Below, piece by piece: positions 35,794-41,971 of a stretch of DNA of 41,971 nt. The DNA comes from a virus (lineage: Duplodnaviria; Caudoviricetes). A model generated the notes under the pieces. That model searched no databases. It was not told the DNA's origin and saw nothing but the letters and a program-made list of their open reading frames with translations. Location of the stretch: the IMG/VR virus record IMGVR_UViG_3300037467_000444, positions 1 through 41,971 of that record; one strand, given 5' to 3'. A program made the position numbers and the translations under genes. Position 1 is the first letter of the stretch; each line of letters opens with the position of its first letter.

Positions 35794-36173
35794 GCTTCCT
35801 CCTTGGTTTTGATAAAGGCAATGGCTTCCGCAAATGAATGTGCAATCTTGTGCGAGTGATAGCGGAGCCACGGGCTGATAGAGGCATCAGGCTTGGCGAC
35901 AACCACAACCAGCTTGCCGCGCTCAAAGGCATAAAGAACTTCCATGCTCGTGCCAACTGATGGCTTGTCGTAGTTCACAAGCAGTACATCGCTGTTCGTT
36001 ACGTCGATTTTGTCCAGTTCCACAATGTCGTTGACGCACTGATCCTCGCGCCCGCGATAGTCGCGCCGCATCGGATCTAGTGTGTCGGCCAGCTGAGACT
36101 TCACGTATTCGCGCCAGTCTTTGGCCTCAGCATCGGTACAGCCGTTAATCGGCCCACACAGATATACTTTCAT
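35790..36173 (-). CDS. Nucleoside 2-deoxyribosyltransferase / nucleotide N-glycosidase family protein
   Basis: KVYLCGPI...W...DP...D...V..SDVLLV...SVGTSMEV.YA...GK.V. Confidence 0.85.
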   Translation of the reverse strand: MKVYLCGPINGCTDAEAKDWREYVKSQLADTLDPMRRDYRGREDQCVNDIVELDKIDVTNSDVLLVNYDKPSVGTSMEVLYAFERGKLVVVVAKPDASISPWLRYHSHKIAHSFAEAIAFIKTKEEA

Positions 36174-36862
36174 GCCGCCTCCTCAAATAAAGTTGCTTGG
36201 GTAGGGTGCTCGCTCCAGCGCGCCGGGCATTGGATGGCGTCCCATATGTCAGCCATGTCCCGGGCAGTGTTCTGCGGGCGGTTATGATTCCTGGCGATGT
36301 CCGTGCTATCGACGCTGGCGAACGGGTAGCCCCAACGCGCAGCCGCCATCCCTCGTAGCATGTGCAGCCAAGCAGGAACGCGCCCGGTTTTGCAAATAGC
36401 ATTCATCGCCTCGCACATACGGACGTGCCACTGCTCGGTCCCGACAACTGCATACTGCGCAGATGATCCGATGCAGACGCGCTCCCACTCGTCGCATAGC
36501 CGCTTTAGCCGGTCAATTGGCTCGTGCATGTGCCACACAGGTGCACCGCGCTGACCGTGGGGCCATTGCGTTACCAGCGCATCGTTCTGAGCCTCGTCGC
36601 CGCAGATGACATCAGGGATGACCGCCCAGCTCGTGCGAAACTCAAGCCAGCGATCAGCCCATGCGTAGAAGCCAGACCATTCGACCGACTTGTTTTTCGT
36701 CCAGGCGCTAAATGCTCCGTTATCGAGCATTACTGACTGGCCCCACTTGTGGCACCACTCGACATCATCGGGACGCTCGTAGGAGACGCAGAAGCAGCGG
36801 CCCGTCAGTTCGCTCAGGACGGAGCGCGGCGTAATTGGCGTGCCGTGGTAGTGGATAGTCAC
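36170..36862 (-). CDS. TGT/DpdA-like transglycosylase-fold protein
   Basis: LDNGAFS, IPDVI, PVWH, IG, H..G, SVDST motifs; C-terminal QATLF. Confidence 0.7.
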   Translation of the reverse strand: MTIHYHGTPITPRSVLSELTGRCFCVSYERPDDVEWCHKWGQSVMLDNGAFSAWTKNKSVEWSGFYAWADRWLEFRTSWAVIPDVICGDEAQNDALVTQWPHGQRGAPVWHMHEPIDRLKRLCDEWERVCIGSSAQYAVVGTEQWHVRMCEAMNAICKTGRVPAWLHMLRGMAAARWGYPFASVDSTDIARNHNRPQNTARDMADIWDAIQCPARWSEHPTQATLFEEAA

Positions 36863-37113
36863 TCTTCGACCTCACCGACAGCGGTTTGAATGTCTACGCC
36901 GTGGTGATGAGCCCTGAGCGTCTGCCGTTGCCCGAACCTCTCGTGCAGCTCCTTTGCGATGTCCTCATGAAAGCCCTTCTTGATAAGCGCGCAGGCCGTG
37001 ACAATATGCTCTACCGGGATCATCTTTGACGAGAGAATCTCCAGCCGATACAGGATCGACTTCCCGTTGTTCGGGCAGACGCTTACGAATTCGTGTTGGT
37101 AGGTGATAATCAC
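36859..37113 (-). CDS. QueF-L-like T-fold protein (84 aa)
   Basis: EFVSVCP..G...VE...FHEDIA...HHGVDI; no QueF NADPH motif; GTG start overlapping the dnaC-like stop. Confidence 0.65.
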   Translation of the reverse strand: MIITYQHEFVSVCPNNGKSILYRLEILSSKMIPVEHIVTACALIKKGFHEDIAKELHERFGQRQTLRAHHHGVDIQTAVGEVEE

Positions 37114-37856
37114 GCCACCCTCCGGAAGCTGGGCCAGTCGAACGAGCACACAAATGCGTTTTCGTGCAGGCGGTCGTCTACGCGGTCGCCAACGAACTTC
37201 GCCAGGTTGTTGAATGGCTGGTTTGTGATGACCACTACTGGCTTTTCCTCGTTGTAGCGGCGGTTAATGACTTCGGTCAGAAGCAGGTTTGCGTTCTCGC
37301 GGTCCGGTTTGGCGTCGATTTCATCGAGGATTAACAGTCCGTACTGAACGAAGCGCAGGATCTCGCCCTCTTCGGTCTTGCCCTCGGTGTTGTAGGACGC
37401 CTGAATCTCCGCGATCATTTGCTTCGTGGTGCAGTAGCGAACACTCATGCTCAGGCCGTTAATCAGCGACTCGGCCAACTCTGCGGCCATCAGCGTTTTG
37501 CCAGTGCCGACGCCGCCGAAAAGAACCAGGACTGCCCACGCGGGCTTTTCAGCGATCACATCGCGGAACGCCTTGACCTGACCGCGAACGGCTTTCTGCT
37601 TCGTCGTCGTGGCCGAGAAACGCTGGCCTTGATACTTCAACGGGATGCCAGCAATGCGGTGCAGTGTGTCGTTTCGCTCCTGCTTCCACTTCTCCTGCGC
37701 GGCGATCATGGCCTCCTCGTCGCGGCACACAGGGCAGTACCAACCGTTTTCCGCAAAGCGCTTGAACATCAGGATCGTGCGCGGGCCGTGCTTCTCGCAT
37801 GAGCCATCGACTTCGATGCAGCCCTTGAGCATGTGGGAAAGGTCGAGTTTTTCCAT
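37110..37856 (-). CDS. DnaC/IstB-like ATPase (helicase loader)
   Basis: GGVGTGKT, LLILDE, INRRY, ITN, GDRVDDRL; N-terminal C/H Zn motif. Confidence 0.92.
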   Translation of the reverse strand: MEKLDLSHMLKGCIEVDGSCEKHGPRTILMFKRFAENGWYCPVCRDEEAMIAAQEKWKQERNDTLHRIAGIPLKYQGQRFSATTTKQKAVRGQVKAFRDVIAEKPAWAVLVLFGGVGTGKTLMAAELAESLINGLSMSVRYCTTKQMIAEIQASYNTEGKTEEGEILRFVQYGLLILDEIDAKPDRENANLLLTEVINRRYNEEKPVVVITNQPFNNLAKFVGDRVDDRLHENAFVCSFDWPSFRRVA

Positions 37857-37864
37857 GTCCGCCC

Positions 37865-38770
37865 TCAGTCGAAGTTGATCGGATCGTCACCATCGGGGAT
37901 TACTACCCCGTGGCGCTTCATGCTCGCTTCCATCGCCGCATTGCTGCTGCTGTGGTCAAGGTGCGCAACGTGGAATTTGTCGTCATTGCCGGTAGCGGGC
38001 GCTGACCAGTCGGCGGCGTAGTGCTCGCCCGGCCCGAAGAACGTTGCTGGCTGCTTGACGAACTGCGGCTCAATGCGGGAGTTCGCCACGTAGGCCGCGT
38101 ACCGACGAACCCCGGCAATCAGGGTTTCAGCAGCCACCCCTTCCTTCCGTCGAGCAGACCAAGCCTTGAAGGCGTCGGCACGACTTGCCCCCGGTCGCTT
38201 CGGGTATGCAGCCCACGCGATCAAGAACTCGGCGTCGCCGTCAGGCGATGCGGGGGTTTGGGGGTTATTGGTTCTTGGTTTATGGTTAGTGGTTAGTGGT
38301 TTATGGTTAGGTTGTCCGGACGTGCTCTGATCGTGCTCATCTGGTGAACCAGCCGTACACGTTTCGTGCACGATTCGTGCACCATCCGTTGACGTGTCGT
38401 TCACGCCTTGTGCACGTTTGGTTGTTTTAGCTTTAGGCGGCTGCGATCCCTCACGCTTGAGGCGCTCACGTTCCGCCGCAATCTCGCGGTTCTTCTTTGC
38501 CTTGCCGTGGTAGCTGGCGAGTTCTTCTTCGATGCGGGTTTGCACGTAGCGCTCGCCGTCGAGCGTAAAGAACTCATCGAGGACAGCCAGGACGGCTGCC
38601 TTCTCTTCTTCGGTGCGGGCGCGAGCCCAACGGGTCGCCTCAACGAGCGTAGGGGCGTGCTCGCGGTCGTAGTAGTTGTCGATGATGAGGTTGTAGACAC
38701 CATGCTCCAAGGGAGACAGGTGGCCAGCCTTCTTGGAGTAATCCCCAAGGTGACGCTTGTAGTAGTGCAT
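37865..38770 (-). CDS. Replication initiator, YdaU/DUF1376 family
   Basis: MHYYKRHLGDY....HLS..EHG.Y..; C-terminal WAAYPKR...AFKAW...QPATFFGP. Confidence 0.88.
   Translation of the reverse strand: MHYYKRHLGDYSKKAGHLSPLEHGVYNLIIDNYYDREHAPTLVEATRWARARTEEEKAAVLAVLDEFFTLDGERYVQTRIEEELASYHGKAKKNREIAAERERLKREGSQPPKAKTTKRAQGVNDTSTDGARIVHETCTAGSPDEHDQSTSGQPNHKPLTTNHKPRTNNPQTPASPDGDAEFLIAWAAYPKRPGASRADAFKAWSARRKEGVAAETLIAGVRRYAAYVANSRIEPQFVKQPATFFGPGEHYAADWSAPATGNDDKFHVAHLDHSSSNAAMEASMKRHGVVIPDGDDPINFD
38269..38419. repeat. Replication origin: six TGGTT 7-bp repeats plus nine 11-bp phased iterons (CGTGCACGNNT-like)
   Basis: TGGTT at 38269+7n; 11-mers from 38321 to 38419, inside the initiator gene as in lambdoid ori. 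Confidence 0.75.
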
Positions 38771-38772
38771 CC

Positions 38773-38997
38773 TCAACGCTCCTTCGCTTGGGCGTTGATG
38801 GACGAGCTGGAATCACCTCCCGGTAGCGTCAAATAGAGGTCTACAGCCTCATTGAGCTTCTTGCGGTTTATGTGCTCCAGCTCACAGGCTGTGCTCTTGG
38901 CCGGACCTTCCGGCATGCCGATCCGCATCTTTTGTGCGGTCCTCAGCGCTATTGCGAAGCTGACGATGTTGTCAGCTACTTTCTCTTTCAGGTTCAA
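38773..38997 (-). CDS. Hypothetical protein
   Basis: GGGGAG RBS, TTG start. Confidence 0.6.
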   Translation of the reverse strand: MNLKEKVADNIVSFAIALRTAQKMRIGMPEGPAKSTACELEHINRKKLNEAVDLYLTLPGGDSSSSINAQAKER

Positions 38998-39056
38998 GTG
39001 CTGCTCCCCTATGTTTGGTTTGGGTTATGCCCCGTAGGCGAAACCCGCCAAAACAC

Positions 39057-39314
39057 TCAAAGACGCATCCGGACGTGTGCGCCGGCACGACGACCCGGGA
39101 ACCGCGGAACGGAAACCGGTCCACATTTGGTCCCTTCACGGCGCGGCGTCTGCGGCATACGATGCGCAGGGTTCGATGCCTGGAGCAGCAGTTCGCGGGA
39201 GAAGGAGCCAAACGTTTTCCCGAGCGCTGCACAAGCACGACGAACCAATGCGTTCTCTGCCTCGTTCAACCGAGTTTTGAGAGTGATATGGCGGGTGGTG
39301 TCTGCGTATTTCAT
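39057..39314 (-). CDS. Ribbon-helix-helix-like protein at cII position
   Basis: ITLKTRLNEAE..LVRRAC..LG.TFGSFSRELLL; GGAG RBS. Confidence 0.6.
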   Translation of the reverse strand: MKYADTTRHITLKTRLNEAENALVRRACAALGKTFGSFSRELLLQASNPAHRMPQTPRREGTKCGPVSVPRFPGRRAGAHVRMRL

Positions 39315-39424
39315 TGATGTTTCTCCGTGTTAGTTCTTCGGGCGGGTGATACGTTTCTAGCTGGTACTTCTCTACTGCTGGCACTTCTCCGGTGATACGT
39401 GATGCGAGGTGCTACGAATTGGTG

Positions 39425-39673
39425 TCAGGGTGGTGTGTCCGTCTTGCGGCGCTTACGCACCAGCTCGGGCCACATGCGCTGCCACTCATCAGGGAACAGG
39501 TCTTGCCGCGTTACCTGCCCTTCCGTGGCTTGCTCGATCTGTGCGCCGTAGTGAATGGGGACATCGCGCCGGCCTTTAGCCCAATCTGTGACGTTGGGCG
39601 GCTTGATTCCAAGGGAGCGGGCTAATGCAGCGGCCCGGCCATGCCCTTGCGAGAGGTAATCAGAGAGTTTCAT
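39425..39673 (-). CDS. cro: Cro-like repressor (YdaS type)
   Basis: AALARSLGIKPPNVTDW..G.R.VP...IEQATEGQVTRQDL.P..W..WPEL. Confidence 0.9.
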   Translation of the reverse strand: MKLSDYLSQGHGRAAALARSLGIKPPNVTDWAKGRRDVPIHYGAQIEQATEGQVTRQDLFPDEWQRMWPELVRKRRKTDTPP

Positions 39674-39680
39674 GGGTTCT

Positions 39681-39761
39681 ATATTAGCCCACGGCTAAAG
39701 CGATTGCAAGCGAAGAATTAGCCCGTGGCGAATTCACCTTTTTGCCTTTGTGGCATCTAAT
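39681..39761. promoter_or_regulatory. oR region: pR (-) TTGCAA-17-TAATAT, pRM-like (+) TTCACC-17-TCTAAT, operators TTAGCC-N3-GGCKAA
   Basis: Operators at 39684-39698 and 39718-39732; pR nearly identical to pL. Confidence 0.8.
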
Positions 39762-39767
39762 GCACGG

Positions 39768-40193
39768 ATGAAAAAAATAGAGGATGTCCGGCGGCAGAAC
39801 TTGCACCGGCTAAAGGACGAAATCGGGAGTGTGCAAGACCTGGCAGAGAGGATTGGCAAAAGCCAGTCTCAGGTGAGCCAGTGGCTCAACGCGTCCGCTC
39901 ACTCTACGAGCGGGAAGCCGAGGACGATCAGCAGTGGATCGTGTCGGGAGATAGAGAAGGCTCTACGTAAACCGGAAGGTTGGATGGACGTAGAACATGG
40001 GGCCGAGCTGGTGCCGGCGGGTTCCAGTGAGGCTACCGAATTGCGCCGGATGCTAACTGATGCGTCATCCGACGTTCGCCTCCTTTCCGTCTACCGGCTG
40101 GCTAACGCCGACCAGCGGGAACTTATAGACGACGCTATTAGGCTTGTTATCGAACAGCTCGACCTTGCTGGCAGCCTCAGCCGCCGCAAGTGA
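39768..40193 (+). CDS. cI: CI-like repressor lacking the S24 autoprotease domain (141 aa)
   Basis: RRQNL..L...GSVQDLAERIGKSQSQVSQWL...IEKAL.KPEGWMD; divergent from cro. Confidence 0.85.
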   Translation: MKKIEDVRRQNLHRLKDEIGSVQDLAERIGKSQSQVSQWLNASAHSTSGKPRTISSGSCREIEKALRKPEGWMDVEHGAELVPAGSSEATELRRMLTDASSDVRLLSVYRLANADQRELIDDAIRLVIEQLDLAGSLSRRK

Positions 40194-40313
40194 TGGCTTA
40201 GCTTTTTTGGCCGGGAAGCTACGCAGCAGTTGCCTCGCCATGCCAAACAGATATTCACGCCCGGTCTCGCTCATCATTTCATACATGTTTTCGATTTCTG
40301 GCAGGCGTTCCAT
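40065..40313 (-). CDS. 82-aa protein convergent with and overlapping the cI 3' end
   Basis: GGGGA RBS before ATG 40313. Confidence 0.45.
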   Translation of the reverse strand: MERLPEIENMYEMMSETGREYLFGMARQLLRSFPAKKAKPSLAAAEAASKVELFDNKPNSVVYKFPLVGVSQPVDGKEANVG

Positions 40314-40488
40314 GGTGTCCCCAAGGGCAAAGACGGATTTCCGTACGGATAAAGATACACCGGAACGTAGCACCGTTAGAGCGCAATTGTTACCGGTTGT
40401 CAGTGTTTGACAAGTATGCAGTCGATATAGAAACCAGATCGTTCTGAGTGTCGCGAAAATGATACTGAACATTGTCAGATAGGGGAAA

Positions 40489-40896
40489 TTGATTGTGATT
40501 ATTGGCCCGATAAAAAGCAATACTCTGTGGGGGCGCGCCAAGGTCGCCACCGTTTGCGCCCTGATTCTCTCAACTGCAGGGTGTGCGGACATCGATGTGG
40601 ATGCGCTAAATCGAAATCTTGCCCAAGCGTACGCTTTCAATCAGGCGACAACTCAGCGCCAAGTGGACGCGCTAAACGCGCAGGCAAGCATCCTGAGCGC
40701 ACGAAGCACTGCAATCCAGGCGGTGCCCACGGCATCCTATACACCATCTTCCGTAACAGCCACGTGGACGGGACGGCAGCAGCAAGTAACGACCATCACT
40801 AATCAGCAAGCGATCGCCTGCGAGTACACCTTCGCTGGGCAAACGTTCGTTCGACTCTTCCAATCCTTCTGCGCGCCAACGGTACAAGCGCGCTAA
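40489..40896 (+). CDS. Putative lipoprotein in immunity region
   Basis: Lipobox-like ILSTAG-C; followed by a terminator. Confidence 0.65.
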   Translation: MIVIIGPIKSNTLWGRAKVATVCALILSTAGCADIDVDALNRNLAQAYAFNQATTQRQVDALNAQASILSARSTAIQAVPTASYTPSSVTATWTGRQQQVTTITNQQAIACEYTFAGQTFVRLFQSFCAPTVQAR

Positions 40897-40918
40897 GCAC
40901 ACCTCCATCCCGCCGTCT

Positions 40919-40941
40919 GCCCGCCTTGTGCGGGCTTTTTT
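40919..40941 (+). terminator. Intrinsic terminator
   Basis: GCCCGC-CTTGT-GCGGGC-TTTTTT. Confidence 0.85.
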
Positions 40942-40993
40942 ACGCGCATACAACACTGGCAGATTTGCTAGGCTAATCTTCACACAGAAAATA

Positions 40994-41045
40994 TTAGCCT
41001 ATGGCGAAAATAACGCTTGCAATCGTATTAGCCTGCGGCTACTAT
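40994..41045 (+). promoter_or_regulatory. pL (TTGCAA-17-TACTAT) with operators oL
   Basis: TTAGCCTATGGCGAA at 40994-41008; TTAGCCTGCGGCTAC at 41028-41042. Confidence 0.85.
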
Positions 41046-41079
41046 AGAGACAGCACAGCAGCACTCCTCGGAGGCAGCC

Positions 41080-41217
41080 ATGCAGATGACGAAGCCGAGC
41101 AATCAGCAAGTGCGTGACTACATGGCAAAGCGCCGGGAGGAAAGAACGCCGCCGCCGAGCATCGAGGAAATCAGAAGGCATCTCGGGTGGTACTTGAAGG
41201 CAGACGCACACAAGTGA
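41080..41217 (+). CDS. First pL gene, 45 aa
   Basis: MQMTKPSNQQVRDYMAKRREERTPPPSIEEIRRHLGWYLKADAHK; GGAGG RBS. Confidence 0.7.
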   Translation: MQMTKPSNQQVRDYMAKRREERTPPPSIEEIRRHLGWYLKADAHK

Positions 41218-41328
41218 GGCGATTTCAACAAGGCAGTCATCGCAGGCCCGTTCCTGCGAGGAGGACAGCACCTAATCCAAGTGGGTGTTTGCCTGAATAG
41301 ATTTGGAATCGAAGTCGCCTCACCTGTG
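41209..41328 (+). ncRNA. Third long-stem element enclosing a multibranch insert
   Basis: CACAAGTGAGGCGATTTC pairs with GAAGTCGCCTCACCTGTG; sequence-similar to 882-983. Confidence 0.55.
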
Positions 41329-41410
41329 GCGCAAGACCAGTCGCCCGCTTCGGCGGGCTGATCGAAGCAGAACGCCGAAATGAGAAGTGATAACTAGGGA
41401 GGGAATAAAT

Positions 41411-41971
41411 GTGAGTAATCAGGAAACCAAGACCGTCCTCGTGCTGCGCACATGCCGCGACGATATGACGAGCACCAACAACTTCAAGTGGCCGCAGGTG
41501 GGCGAAGTCGCTACTGCGCCGGACTGGAAGCAGGAAGCCGAGTGCGGCAATGGACTGCACGGATGGCTTTACGGTCAAGGCGATCATAGCTGCAGCAGCT
41601 TCCTCGACGCCTCCGCAAAGTGGCTTGTTGTTGAGGTCGAAGAATCGACCATCGTCATGCTCGGCGGTAAGTGCAAGTTCCCGAGCGCGACTGTGCGCTT
41701 TGTGGGCAGCAAGAAGGACGCCACTGATTTCCTGATTGCGAACGAACCCCGAGCGGCGAGTGTTGCCGTAATTGGCGCGACCGTTGCGGTTGGCGATAGC
41801 CAGAGTGCGACCGTTGGCGCGCTCGGCACCGCCACGGCTGGCTACAAAGGCACCGCCACGGCTGGCAACTACGGCACCGCCACGGCTGGCAACTACGGCA
41901 CCGCCACGGCTGGCTACAAAGGCACCGCCACGGCTGGCTACAAAGGCACCGCCACGGCTGGCAACTACGGC
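41411..41971 (+). CDS. 5' part of ice-nucleation-protein-like protein (about 285 aa if the ends are joined at the 86-bp overlap)
   Basis: GGGAGGG RBS, GTG start: MSNQETKTVLVLRTCRDDM...KWP..G...W...NGLHGWLYGQG...AKWLVVEV...KFP.ATV.FVG, matching the InaZ N-domain as recalled. Confidence 0.85.
   Translation, partial: MSNQETKTVLVLRTCRDDMTSTNNFKWPQVGEVATAPDWKQEAECGNGLHGWLYGQGDHSCSSFLDASAKWLVVEVEESTIVMLGGKCKFPSATVRFVGSKKDATDFLIANEPRAASVAVIGATVAVGDSQSATVGALGTATAGYKGTATAGNYGTATAGNYGTATAGYKGTATAGYKGTATAGNYG
41825..41971 (+). repeat. 24-bp tandem repeat (YK,NY,NY,YK,YK,NY)
   Basis: Same unit as 1-227. Confidence 0.98.

Larger units (their letters stand above)
1..41971. mobile_element. Complete temperate phage genome (lambdoid early region, P22-like podovirus virion genes), circularly permuted, intact attP; about 41,885 bp if the 86-bp end overlap is collapsed
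   Basis: Full gene set from int to terminase/portal/capsid/tail/lysis; no host genes; bases 1-86 identical to 41886-41971; one ORF reads in frame across the junction. Confidence 0.93.

Noticed and set aside
37970-38005. Third GTGGAATTT promoter copy (+ strand)
   Set aside because: No -10 at the conserved spacing; lies inside the initiator gene
40420-40480. LexA SOS box
   Set aside because: CTGAACATTGTCAG has N8 rather than N10 spacing, and the other candidate is only a half-site
41335-41385. Hammerhead ribozyme (GTC-hairpin-CTGATCGA...GAAA)
   Set aside because: Core is not CUGANGA, stem III cannot form, and the cleavage-site base would be G
41886-41971. Physical terminal direct repeat of the virion DNA
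   Set aside because: The 86-bp overlap lies in a tandem repeat mid-gene, far from the terminase genes; best explained as an assembly circularisation point

Overview
The window is an apparently complete, circularly permuted temperate phage genome of about 41.9 kb. The first 86 bp are identical to the last 86 bp, and both ends lie inside a 24-bp coding tandem repeat. It has a lambdoid early region: cI/cro with matching operators and pL/pR, a YdaU-type initiator with iterons plus a DnaC-like loader, ERF, SSB, NinB, NinG, xis and int. The virion genes are P22-like podovirus type: terminase, portal, scaffold, capsid, tailspike and three ejection proteins. The host is probably a betaproteobacterium (inference only). 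Highlights: (1) a translationally coupled QueF-L-like / TGT(DpdA)-like / nucleoside-deoxyribosyltransferase-like trio directly after the replication genes, with no preQ0 pathway; (2) a miniature ice-nucleation-protein homologue (InaZ-like N- and C-domains around GTATAG[YK/NY] repeats) spanning the window ends; (3) an attP whose core is only the anticodon stem-loop of tRNA-Val(CAC), next to a full replacement tRNA-Val; (4) no recognisable N or Q, but a family of covarying RNA stems and hairpins in the early-left and late leaders, a kissing-loop RNA, an atypical tRNA-Arg(UCU), a repeated late-promoter-like motif and GNRA hairpins before late RBSs; (5) a lysis cassette without spanins and a hidden, probably leaderless 25-aa membrane peptide. 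All protein-family calls come from motif recognition by eye; no searches were run.
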